A DNA stretch of 61,759 bases from Roseiflexaceae bacterium. GTDB lineage: Bacteria > Chloroflexota > Chloroflexia > Chloroflexales > Roseiflexaceae. The position numbers and the translations under genes are program-made. The stretch covers positions 1-61,759 of the forward strand of contig JACMIM010000574.1 of NCBI GenBank assembly GCA_014381165.1, given 5' to 3'. Below, in pieces: positions 19,847 to 28,344 of the stretch. The notes beneath the pieces are model-generated. The model worked only from the letters and a program-made list of their open reading frames with translations. It did not search any database and was not told the DNA's origin. Position 1 is the stretch's first letter, and every line of letters begins with the position of its first letter.

Positions 19847-20470
19847 TCATGCGACGAGCATTCGGTGTTTGCGGTTCACAGACTGATCCGCTGCTGCTAA
19901 CCATTGCTCCAAAGCGTCGAAGGTGTCATTCGCCATACCGATGATCGCGTCATCGCTGGCGCATGTCGCAGCATATGCATTGACCTGCATGCAAAAAGCT
20001 TTCCACATAGAGCCGACCGCCGGGCCGTAGCTTCCGTAAAATGCTGTGCCACTTTCTGCTGTTAGGCCAAAGTGTGCTGCCATCTGTCGGGTGATGAGTT
20101 GCCCGCCTAACGTGGCACCTTCCAGCACATACATACAGCCAAGGGCCTGTGGAAAGTCGTCAAGTGTCGGCAGGTCGGCGCATGTCGGCGGCTCCGTCAT
20201 GCCATCATTCGCATATCCAAGCGCCACGAGATCGTGCCGCAGCAGCGAGGTTTTGCAGCGTTGCTCAAAGTCTAACCCAATCTGCGCCCATTCATGCGTA
20301 AAGCGCGCGAGTTGTTGTTCCATCGGCTGGTAGAAGCCAGCCATTGTTGCAAGAAAGGCAGTATATTCCGCAAGGGAAAGCTGCGGGGTGCTCAACTGGA
20401 TGACACGCGGATGCGCTTGGAGCCGCATGTGGGCCGCACGGGTGGCTTGCTTGAGTTGCTCAAGAATCAT
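19847..20470 (-). CDS. Biliverdin-producing heme oxygenase (BphO-like)
   Basis: LKQATRAAHMRL at the N-terminus, LLRHDLVALG and ALGCMYVLEGATLGG are heme-oxygenase family motifs. An AAAGGA SD sequence is present. The gene starts 28 nt after the gvpK stop with no hairpin between. Confidence 0.7.
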   Translation of the reverse strand: MILEQLKQATRAAHMRLQAHPRVIQLSTPQLSLAEYTAFLATMAGFYQPMEQQLARFTHEWAQIGLDFEQRCKTSLLRHDLVALGYANDGMTEPPTCADLPTLDDFPQALGCMYVLEGATLGGQLITRQMAAHFGLTAESGTAFYGSYGPAVGSMWKAFCMQVNAYAATCASDDAIIGMANDTFDALEQWLAAADQSVNRKHRMLVA

Positions 20471-20498
20471 CGTCGTCCTTTGTCGCAGAGGTGAGGAG

Positions 20499-20873
20499 TT
20501 ATTCGAGCAGCCGACCTAGCGGACCGAGGTCGAGATTGAGATCGGCATCGCTTAATCCAAATGTCTGCTTGAGCTCGTCCATACGTGTTGCGAGCTTCAT
20601 AAACGTTTGCCCCAACCGCTCGATCTCTTCGTCGTTGAGCGAGCCGCCCTCCATGCGCCGTAGCGCCTGCCGTTCGAGCAGCTGGCGCAGCAGCTCAATC
20701 AGCGCTAGCACCAGCCGCGACAGCCCGCGCTCGACCTGCTCGGGGTCGATGGCGATACGCTGAGGTAGCCCGGCGCTCGCACGCTCGATCTCGGCGGCAA
20801 AGGCATCTAAGTTGTCGGGCGTGTGGAGCAGCCGGGAAGGCCCGTTGGGCGTTTCGGTGTTAGATACGTTCAT
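20499..20873 (-). CDS. gvpK: Gas vesicle protein GvpK
   Basis: PEQVERGLSRLVLALIELLRQLLERQALRRMEGGSLNDEEIERLG matches the GvpK core. Confidence 0.8.
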   Translation of the reverse strand: MNVSNTETPNGPSRLLHTPDNLDAFAAEIERASAGLPQRIAIDPEQVERGLSRLVLALIELLRQLLERQALRRMEGGSLNDEEIERLGQTFMKLATRMDELKQTFGLSDADLNLDLGPLGRLLE

Positions 20874-21624
20874 TCGCGACCTCGGCGATCAATGATTGGG
20901 CGCGCTCGCTAGCAGCGCCAGTGGAAACAAAATGGTATGGCGGCCAGGGGCCAGTGCCAAGGAGTTGCAGCGCCGGGTAGGCCGTGCCGAGCGCAGCACA
21001 GCGCCGCTGAAAGCCGGCAACTGCCGCTCGCTCGACCAAGTAGGCCCCAGCGAGGATCATCTGCTCGGTGACTAACACGCGACACACGCTTTCGTCCGCG
21101 CCCACGGCCAGCGCCGCGTGCAACTCCTCGGCCAGCGCGCGCGCGTGCTGGCGCTGCGTTTGCGTGCGCTGCTCCTCGGCCAGCCGCACCAACATATAAT
21201 TACGTCCCGCGCTCGCTGCGTTATCACCCTGGTGCGGCTGCTCGCTGCCCGCGCCGCGCGCTGCGTCAGCTCGCTCCGGATTACTCATTAACACCCGCAC
21301 GCCCAGTTCGACACGCCCGCCAACGCGCACAAGATCGGCCTCGAGTTCCGCCGCATGGCTATACAACGCACCGCAGACCGCCGCATGATCTGGCAGAAGT
21401 GTGCCGAAGCGCGCCGGCAGCGTCGCACGGTCGTCCATCAGTGCCTCGATCACTGCCTCGTGCTGCCACAGGTATTCCGCTGTCGGCTGCGGTGCCGCAC
21501 CAGGATGAACACTTACCACTGCAGCCAGCGCACCACAGGGTAGCGCAAATGGTACCACGCCGTCGAGCCCACGTAGCATGGGCAGCGGCGCATCAGCGTG
21601 GATGATAGCGTAGAGATACAGCAC
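20860..21624 (-). CDS. Gas vesicle protein GvpL/GvpF family
   Basis: The N-terminus LYLYAII..., the segment LPARFGTL and the C-terminal TGPWPPYHF are GvpL/F hallmarks. Confidence 0.75.
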   Translation of the reverse strand: MLYLYAIIHADAPLPMLRGLDGVVPFALPCGALAAVVSVHPGAAPQPTAEYLWQHEAVIEALMDDRATLPARFGTLLPDHAAVCGALYSHAAELEADLVRVGGRVELGVRVLMSNPERADAARGAGSEQPHQGDNAASAGRNYMLVRLAEEQRTQTQRQHARALAEELHAALAVGADESVCRVLVTEQMILAGAYLVERAAVAGFQRRCAALGTAYPALQLLGTGPWPPYHFVSTGAASERAQSLIAEVANERI

Positions 21625-21830
21625 TATGATACGCTTGGCTCGCGTGGGGCGAGCATATTAGTGCGTTCGGCCGTTTCCACCGAGGTTAACAGCACACGCA
21701 ACCCAAGGTAGAGCAGATCGACATCGGCAACCGAGATGGTTAGATCGCCCCAAAGCACGACACCCTTGTTGAGCGCCCGGTCGAGGAGTTCCAGCAGGCT
21801 CATATCCTGCTTGTTCCATTGCTCATTCAT
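21624..21830 (-). CDS. Small GvpA-family protein (GvpS/GvpM/GvpJ-like)
   Basis: LLELLDRALNKGVVLWGDLTISVADVDLLYLGLRVLLTSVETAE matches the GvpA-family core. Confidence 0.75.
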   Translation of the reverse strand: MNEQWNKQDMSLLELLDRALNKGVVLWGDLTISVADVDLLYLGLRVLLTSVETAERTNMLAPREPSVS

Positions 21831-22663
21831 ACGGGGTCCTTTGTGTCGAGGGTTGCAAAGCTATATGGCGGCCAGGGCCCGGCCAGCGCAATTTGTACAC
21901 CGCGTGACGCACTTGCCGCCTGAAGCGAGGCGAGTGTGTTCATAAACTGCGCATGGCGCTGGTCATCCACGAGATACGCCGCGTGCAGGATGATCTCCGC
22001 CGGGTGGTCGGAGCGCGGCATAGGCGGGCTGCTGGTCGCGGCACGCGCCATTGCTGCAAGCTCGGCATGGCAGGTCAGCGCATATTCTGTGCCAAAGGCG
22101 GCGGCGCGCTGGTCGGCGCTTTGAGCCAGCCGCTTCTGCAACAGGTAGGCGGCCCCACTGCTGGCCCGCGCGATCGCCGCGCGTTGTGGCGCGAAGAATT
22201 CCGCATCATCTGCCAGCCACTTCGCCAGCGCGTGCTGATCGTAGAACAGCTTGACGCCCCACTCAGTCGCGCCTGCCACACGCCGCAATGCCGCGTCTAG
22301 CGCATCGTACTGCGCTGCCAGCATGTGCTGTACGCGCTCGGCGTGGTGGTACACCGTGCAGAAGGCGCACGGTAGCGTGGCATAATCGTGCGCCAATCTG
22401 GCGAGCGTGGTCTGGTGTTCCAGCGCCAACGCCTGCACCCAAGCTGGATCGTGCAGGTACTCGGGCAGCGCTGCCGTGCTGAACTGCGCCAGCGGCACTC
22501 GGCGCGTCACCGCCAGCAAATCGCGATAGCCAATCGCCACAGTGCTTGCCGGCAGGGCGGGCGGCGTATCCGCGCTCCGACGGACGACTGCATAGACATA
22601 GATCGCCTGCCCGTCTACCCCTGCATCGCCTACGCCGGTAGGCCGAGCAAGCAGGGTGTTCAC
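21827..22663 (-). CDS. Gas vesicle protein GvpL/GvpF family
   Basis: IYVYAVV..., LPCAFCTV and AGPWPPYSF are present. GTG 22663 overlaps the upstream TGA (GTGA), so I preferred it to the track start 22720. Confidence 0.7.
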   Translation of the reverse strand: MNTLLARPTGVGDAGVDGQAIYVYAVVRRSADTPPALPASTVAIGYRDLLAVTRRVPLAQFSTAALPEYLHDPAWVQALALEHQTTLARLAHDYATLPCAFCTVYHHAERVQHMLAAQYDALDAALRRVAGATEWGVKLFYDQHALAKWLADDAEFFAPQRAAIARASSGAAYLLQKRLAQSADQRAAAFGTEYALTCHAELAAMARAATSSPPMPRSDHPAEIILHAAYLVDDQRHAQFMNTLASLQAASASRGVQIALAGPWPPYSFATLDTKDPV

Positions 22664-23748
22664 AGGCACTCCGCCACGACGAGATCGACTAGCAGTGTGT
22701 TGGCTACGGCATCCCAACACAGGTCTATCGCCTCGCTGCTGCTGTGCTGTGTGTACATACCAAGGAGTTGCGCGGCCTCGGCCAGAGCGGCCATGCGTAT
22801 GGCGGCGTCGGGATCGTGCGGGTTGTGGTCGGGGTGCAGCCGTCCCGCGAGTGCCCGATAACGCTGGCGAATCGCGGCGGCGGTTGTCGCCAGCGGCAGG
22901 TCGAGCAGCTGCCGAGCCGCGTCGATTTGGCTGGCATCGGGCAATTGTATTTCAACGCTGGCGAAGCTGTAGGGTGGCAGCGGTCCAACACAGCGAAAAT
23001 GCAGCGGCACGCCGCCGTCCTCGCCGCTGAAACGTTCGTCGAGCGCGTCAAGGCAGTGGTCGAGCGCGTCTCGTTCAGCGGCATCGAGCAGCAGCGCCAC
23101 ATTCAGTACCATCCGGTCGTCCATCAGCGAATTGCTGATCACCCGTGGCGTCAGCGCACGCAGCGGCGCGAGCAACTGTTCGCTCAACGCCAAGCGCCGC
23201 CGGTCGAACGCTGCCTTGACAACCTGCCCTAGCCCAGCTCGCGCGGCGATCGTGTCTTCGTGCGGTTGCGCGGCGTGCGCTTTCAGCATGGCGATCTCCG
23301 GCGTGGCGGCGAGCTGTTGAAACACCAACATTGGATCCCACAGAACCACAACCTCGACCTGCTGGCGCGCCCCCAGCCGCTCGAGCGCAGTGCCGAAGCG
23401 CCCTGCATGCTGCTCCAACAGACGCTCGACCTGCGACTCACCGGCCAGAACTGTGCCAAATTTGACAGGCAGCACAGCGAAATCGCGTTGTACGTTTTCG
23501 ATCACTTGCTGGTGCGCGTGCAGGTGTTCAAGCGCAGTTATGCGATCGAGCTGAAGAAAGGTGGAACGCTCGGCTGGGCTGACGAATGCCGCCAGCGCGC
23601 CGTGGTTGACTGTGTACACATCTTCGCCGGCAACTCCTGGCAGCTCAAGAACCAGGTGGTCGCTGGTGGAGATGATGGCGTAAACGTACAGCCCATTCGT
23701 CGAGTGCTCGGTCGAAATGGTGCTTTCCAATCTGGAAATTGTTATCAT
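22660..23748 (-). CDS. GvpL/GvpF-family protein fused to a C-terminal J domain
   Basis: The N-terminal part has LYVYAII..., LPVKFGTV and VGPLPPYSF. The C-terminus AIRQRYRALAGRLHPDHNPHDPDAAIRMAALAEAAQLL carries HPD (codons 22828-22836). ATG 23748 is preceded by GAGGAA. Confidence 0.7.
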   Translation of the reverse strand: MITISRLESTISTEHSTNGLYVYAIISTSDHLVLELPGVAGEDVYTVNHGALAAFVSPAERSTFLQLDRITALEHLHAHQQVIENVQRDFAVLPVKFGTVLAGESQVERLLEQHAGRFGTALERLGARQQVEVVVLWDPMLVFQQLAATPEIAMLKAHAAQPHEDTIAARAGLGQVVKAAFDRRRLALSEQLLAPLRALTPRVISNSLMDDRMVLNVALLLDAAERDALDHCLDALDERFSGEDGGVPLHFRCVGPLPPYSFASVEIQLPDASQIDAARQLLDLPLATTAAAIRQRYRALAGRLHPDHNPHDPDAAIRMAALAEAAQLLGMYTQHSSSEAIDLCWDAVANTLLVDLVVAECL

Positions 23749-25825
23749 TTGGTTCCTCGGAATACAGAGCGGTATGGGGCGCACGCATGCGAAGCTGTTC
23801 GCGGATGGCCGCCAGTGCCGCACTGCGACAAATTCCAGCGATATCGGCCCCCGCGCAGCCGTCGGTCGCCTCGGCCAGTACCGCGAGATCGACATCCGCG
23901 CTCAACGGCATCCGCCGCGTATGAACGCGCAGGATTTCAAGGCGGCCTGCGGCATCGGGCGGTGGTAGCTCGACCAGAAAATCAAAGCGCCCCGGGCGTA
24001 GCAGCGCTGGGTCGATCCGGTCGAGGCGGTTGGTCGCCGCTAGCACGATCACGCCCTTCAGCCCTTCGATGCCATCGAGTTCGGTCAAAAGTTGTCCGAC
24101 AATCCGTTCGGCAACCTGGTCGGTGCCGCCGCGTGGCGGTGCCAGTGCGTCAATCTCGTCGAAGAACAGAATACACGGCGCAACCTGCCGCGCCTTGCGA
24201 AAGATTTCGCGCACGCCGCGCTCGGATTCACCCACCCACTGGCTGAGCAATTGCGGCCCCTTCACCGAAATGAAGTTGGCTTCACTTTGGTGGGCCAGCG
24301 CCTTCGCCAATAGCGTTTTGCCGGTGCCGGGTGGGCCGTGCAGCAGGATGCCAGCAGGCGGGCGTATCCCAGCGTGGCTAAACATGTGTGGGTGGCGTAG
24401 CGGCCATTCAACGGTTTCAGTCAACAGTTGCTGCACCTTGGCCAGCCCACCCACATCGTCCCAGCCAACATCCGGCACGTCGGTTACGATCTCGCGTAGG
24501 GCCGATGGCTCGATGCTCGCGCGCGCCTCGGCGAAATCATCCGCCGAAACCTTCAGCGCCAGCAGCCGCTCGTCGGGAATGTGTGCCTGGGCAAAGTCGA
24601 TCTCTGGGATCAACCGCCGCAGCGCGCCCATTGCTGCCTCACGGCACAGCGCCGCCAGATCTGCGCCGACAAAGCCGTGCGCCCGCGCCGCCAGCTGCCC
24701 CAGGTCGACATCATGAGCCAAGGGCATTCCGCGCGTGTGGATTTCCAGAATTTCGCGCCGCCCAGCGTGATCGGGCACACCAATGCTGATTTCACGATCA
24801 AAGCGCCCTGGCCGGCGCAACGCCGGGTCGAGCGCATCGGGAATATTGGTCGCGGCGATCACGATCACATCGCCACGCTGCTCCAACCCATCCATCAGCG
24901 CCAGGAGCTGCGCCACAACACGCCGCTCGACCTGCTTCTCGCCGCTCAAGGCCTCGCGGCGCGGTGCGATCGCGTCGATCTCGTCGATAAAGATAATTGC
25001 TGGAGCTTTGCGGCGCGCTTCCTCGAAGATACTGCGAAGCTGCGCCTCGGATGCGCCATAGAACTTGTCGATAATCTCTGGCCCATTGATCGCCAGGAAA
25101 TGCGCGCTGGTTTCGCGGGCGACTGCGCGAGCGATCTGAGTTTTGCCGCAGCCAGGTGGGCCGTACAGCAACACGCCACGCGGCGGCGTGATGCCCAGCC
25201 GCTCGAACACCTGTGGGTAGCGCAATGGCAGTTCGATCATCTCGCGGATGCGGCGTAGCTCGCGCCGCAGCCCGCCAATGTCCTCATACGTCACGCCCGC
25301 GCGCCCTTGCGCTGCCTCGGTGGGCGCAAATTGGATCGTGGTTGCCTGCTCGATCAGCACCGCACCAACTGGTACCGTTTCCACAACGCGAAAGGTATAT
25401 GCACGGCTGCCGAACATGTTCACCCGCACCAGGTCGCCCGTCAGCACCGGGATACCGTCCAGCAGGCGTGCCAACGCCGGCGCGTGGGCGCTGGTGAAGC
25501 GCAGTTCCTCAGTTGCAGCCAACCGCAAAGTGTGGGCCGCCCGCACTACAGCCGGCTGCACGAGAACGCGCTCATCGAGCGCAACGCCGCTGTTTGTGCG
25601 CTGCATCCCATCCATCTGGATGATCTGCTGGTTGCGCTGCTCGGCGTGAGTTGGCATCACGCGCGCAATCGTCGCTCGCTTGCCGGCGATCTCGACAACA
25701 TCGCCGACACCGATACCCAGCCGCCGCGCGTCGTGCGGGTCAAGCCGCACGATCCCGCGCCCGACATCGCGTGGCAGTGCTTCGGTTACACGCAGCGTTA
25801 GCGTGGAGGGCTCAAGCGGCTTCAT
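23645..25825 (-). CDS. CDC48/p97-type double-AAA ATPase
   Basis: The N-domain begins LTLRVTEALPRDVGRGIVRLDP. There are two Walker A motifs (GPPGCGKT, GPPGTGKT) and two DEID Walker B motifs. The 3' end overlaps the next gene by about 100 nt. Confidence 0.85.
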   Translation of the reverse strand: MKPLEPSTLTLRVTEALPRDVGRGIVRLDPHDARRLGIGVGDVVEIAGKRATIARVMPTHAEQRNQQIIQMDGMQRTNSGVALDERVLVQPAVVRAAHTLRLAATEELRFTSAHAPALARLLDGIPVLTGDLVRVNMFGSRAYTFRVVETVPVGAVLIEQATTIQFAPTEAAQGRAGVTYEDIGGLRRELRRIREMIELPLRYPQVFERLGITPPRGVLLYGPPGCGKTQIARAVARETSAHFLAINGPEIIDKFYGASEAQLRSIFEEARRKAPAIIFIDEIDAIAPRREALSGEKQVERRVVAQLLALMDGLEQRGDVIVIAATNIPDALDPALRRPGRFDREISIGVPDHAGRREILEIHTRGMPLAHDVDLGQLAARAHGFVGADLAALCREAAMGALRRLIPEIDFAQAHIPDERLLALKVSADDFAEARASIEPSALREIVTDVPDVGWDDVGGLAKVQQLLTETVEWPLRHPHMFSHAGIRPPAGILLHGPPGTGKTLLAKALAHQSEANFISVKGPQLLSQWVGESERGVREIFRKARQVAPCILFFDEIDALAPPRGGTDQVAERIVGQLLTELDGIEGLKGVIVLAATNRLDRIDPALLRPGRFDFLVELPPPDAAGRLEILRVHTRRMPLSADVDLAVLAEATDGCAGADIAGICRSAALAAIREQLRMRAPHTALYSEEPNDNNFQIGKHHFDRALDEWAVRLRHHLHQRPPGS

Positions 25826-26147
25826 GCTGTTCGCTCGTCGTGATCAGGGCGGGTGCAAGCTCCAGGCGGCGCTCCAGCAAGTCAAGCCGTTCGCGCAGCA
25901 GCCGGTTTTCTTCTTCGATCTGGTGCGTACGGGTCGAAAGAAATGGGTCGCTTTCCCACCAGTTGATGCCCATCTCGCGCGCCTTATCTACCGAGGCGAT
26001 CAGCAACCGCACTTTGATGCTCAGCAATTCCACCTGCACAAGCGAAATCGTGATGTCGCCCGCGATGACAATGCCTTTGTCCAGCACCCGCTCGAGGATG
26101 TCGGCGAGATTCGCCCCTTGAACCGAGTGCTGCATGTTATTAGACAT
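25812..26147 (-). CDS. gvpJ: Gas vesicle protein GvpJ (GvpA family)
   Basis: LADILERVLDKGIVIAGDITISLVQVELLSIKVRLLIASVDKAREMGINWWESDP matches GvpJ. Confidence 0.8.
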   Translation of the reverse strand: MSNNMQHSVQGANLADILERVLDKGIVIAGDITISLVQVELLSIKVRLLIASVDKAREMGINWWESDPFLSTRTHQIEEENRLLRERLDLLERRLELAPALITTSEQHEAA

Positions 26148-26185
26148 TCGTGTCTCCTGCGCTGCTATTCGCGCTTGTTATTGAG

Positions 26186-26488
26186 CTATACCTGGCCACG
26201 ATGGTAGCGGCCAGTGCGCTCGTAGGTTGCGATATCGCCGGCTCCGTCGAGCGTAACCTCATAGGTGCCAATCACATCGCTGGTGTCGGGGATGCGCTTC
26301 ATCTCGACCATCTCGATTGTGACGGTCCAGCCCTGCTCGTTGCGTCGAATGCCTGAAACCGTATCGGTCTTGAAGCCGGTCAGCTCGCTAATTTGTGACT
26401 TCGTGCGTTGTACAATCTCAATGCTGTTCATGCTGGTACTTTCTATATTGTGTGGCACATGGGTGCTTATATGCGGGCGGCTTGCCAC
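26186..26488 (-). CDS. gvpO: Gas vesicle protein GvpO
   Basis: ISELTGFKTDTVSGIRRNEQGWTVTIEMVEMKRIPDTSDVIGTYEVTLDGAGDIATYERTGRYHRGQ follows the GvpO pattern. The start is ambiguous: GTG 26488 overlaps gvpG, and ATG 26431 is the alternative. Confidence 0.65.
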   Translation of the reverse strand: MASRPHISTHVPHNIESTSMNSIEIVQRTKSQISELTGFKTDTVSGIRRNEQGWTVTIEMVEMKRIPDTSDVIGTYEVTLDGAGDIATYERTGRYHRGQV

Positions 26489-26718
26489 GCGCGGATGGTG
26501 CGCAGCTGCACGAGCAAGGCATCCTCGCCGATCTGATACTCTTCCTCGCTGATCTCGCCCATCTCCAATCGTAATTCTAGCTCGACCATCTGGCCGCGCA
26601 CCGCAGGCTCGTTGTACAGCTCCTGCTCGGCCTGATCATTGATCGTTTCTGCCAACCACAACACGCCATCCAACGGCGCGGTAATCGGCAGCAGCAAAAG
26701 TTTTATTAGGAGGCCCAT
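26467..26718 (-). CDS. gvpG: Gas vesicle protein GvpG
   Basis: MGLLIKLLLLPITAPLDGVLWLAETINDQAEQELYNE...EISEEEY is GvpG-like throughout. Confidence 0.75.
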   Translation of the reverse strand: MGLLIKLLLLPITAPLDGVLWLAETINDQAEQELYNEPAVRGQMVELELRLEMGEISEEEYQIGEDALLVQLRTIRAWQAARI

Positions 26719-26728
26719 TTTTACGTTC

Positions 26729-27472
26729 CTAAATTGTCACATTAACAAAATTATACGGTGGAACATTGCCCACATACTTGAAGATCATGCGCTGCCCCAT
26801 CTCGGCGTCGAGCTGCTGGATAATGGCGTCGAAGGCCGACTCCGCCGCGCGCTCGATCAAGAAGGCCACGTTCAACACCATGCGCTCGGTGATAGCTGCA
26901 TTCTGCCGCGTTTCTTTGGCCAGCGGGCGCAAATGCTCCAAAATATACTCGGCGTCAGCTGCACGGCGGCGCTGCATCTCGGCCTCGACAAGCTGGCCAA
27001 GCTGAATGCGCGCGTAGTAGGTTTCGGCGGCGGGGCGGCTGGACACCTTGGTGTGCAACTCACGAATCGGCGCGCTGGAGGCGACGATCTCCTGCATCAC
27101 CTGATCCTCGCGCCACAGCACCTTCAGCCCTAGCTCGATCCGATCTTCGAACTGGTGGAGTAGGGTGTCCAGCTCTTTGTAGCGCGGCGTAAGCACGTTG
27201 CGCTTGATCTTTTCAGGGCTGGAGGCAATCGTGCCAAAGCGCACCGGCAGGATGGGCGCGGCCCGCATTACTTCATCCAGTACCGCAGCGTGGCAGAGCA
27301 TATGGCGGCGGGTGTGTTCATACTCCTGCTCTGGTGAATCGCTGACCACCGCCGCCAGGTCATCATAATGCACGGTGTACACAGCGTCGCCGCGCCCGCC
27401 AATGCCAGCGGTGGTAAAGATGCGTGGCTCTGCGCTGCGCATAATGCAGTACACATACGTTCCCGCTGTCAT
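26729..27472 (-). CDS. gvpF: Gas vesicle protein GvpF
   Basis: YVYCIM..., LPVRFGTI, LGLKVLW and VGNVPPYNF are present. Confidence 0.8.
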   Translation of the reverse strand: MTAGTYVYCIMRSAEPRIFTTAGIGGRGDAVYTVHYDDLAAVVSDSPEQEYEHTRRHMLCHAAVLDEVMRAAPILPVRFGTIASSPEKIKRNVLTPRYKELDTLLHQFEDRIELGLKVLWREDQVMQEIVASSAPIRELHTKVSSRPAAETYYARIQLGQLVEAEMQRRRAADAEYILEHLRPLAKETRQNAAITERMVLNVAFLIERAAESAFDAIIQQLDAEMGQRMIFKYVGNVPPYNFVNVTI

Positions 27473-27978
27473 GATGCCACCTTGCGCAGCCGAATTTCCA
27501 GGATGCCATTGTGGTATTGTTGCACAAACACCTGCTCGACCTCGCCAGGCAGCGCGAGTTCGCGGCTGAAGCGCCGCGCGCCGATTGTTTCAAGCGCCAG
27601 CACAGCACCACGTAGCGTCACGCGAATGTCGGCTTCGTCCACGCCAGGCAGCTCGACTACAACGACCAACTCGCCATCCTCGTCGAATAGATCCAGGAGC
27701 GGCTCACGCGCCTCGGCGACCTCTGGCCCAGTGGCGGTTGCGCGCAGGTTGCCAAAATGCTCGACCTGCGGGACGCCGCCAATGCCACTGCGGATCGAAA
27801 CTCCATACACACCTTGCGCGCGTTCGCCCAAGCCCTTGATCGTGAATGAGCCGTTCTGATTGATCCCATCCTGCTCGGAAAGCGCGCTGATTCGCTCGAC
27901 CAACTCACCCAGTCCTTTGAGCAACCCACCGAAGCCTTGTTCGGCGGTGCTGGGCGGTATATTTCGGCGCGGTGCCAT
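27469..27978 (-). CDS. Hsp20/alpha-crystallin family protein (GvpH-like position)
   Basis: The alpha-crystallin core is VVVVELPGVDEADIRVTLRGAVLALE...LPGEVEQVFVQQYHNGILEIRL. Confidence 0.75.
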   Translation of the reverse strand: MAPRRNIPPSTAEQGFGGLLKGLGELVERISALSEQDGINQNGSFTIKGLGERAQGVYGVSIRSGIGGVPQVEHFGNLRATATGPEVAEAREPLLDLFDEDGELVVVVELPGVDEADIRVTLRGAVLALETIGARRFSRELALPGEVEQVFVQQYHNGILEIRLRKVAS

Positions 27979-27988
27979 AGCGTACTCC

Positions 27989-28300
27989 TTAATATTCTAG
28001 CGCGAATGTTCCCCAACCAGCTGCGTCCAAGCGCTCTGGCGGGGCTGGTTGCGCGGGTGGGGCGGCGTGTAAACCAAGCACTGGCTGCAACTGTGCCAGC
28101 CGCGCATCGACCAGCGCCAGGCGCTGCTCGGTACGCTGTTGATTCGCCTGCCAAATCTCCAACTCACGCTGAAGCCTGGTCTTTTCTTGTTCCAGCCGCG
28201 CGAGATCGCTGATCGCCTGTTGGCGGCTTTGCGGCAACCCCCGGCGCTGCGCACGCTGCCCAGTCGCGATATCGCGCAATCCACGTCGTTTGATCATCAC
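27989..28300 (-). CDS. Small coiled-coil protein (possibly GvpV-like)
   Basis: ISDLARLEQEKTRLQRELEIWQANQQRTEQRLALVDARLAQLQ is heptad-like. The gene sits between gvpN and hsp20. The family call is from memory only. Confidence 0.45.
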   Translation of the reverse strand: MMIKRRGLRDIATGQRAQRRGLPQSRQQAISDLARLEQEKTRLQRELEIWQANQQRTEQRLALVDARLAQLQPVLGLHAAPPAQPAPPERLDAAGWGTFALEY

Positions 28301-28344
28301 ACGGCCTTTCCTTCAGAGCTACAGAAACAGCGAACAGGTTGCCG

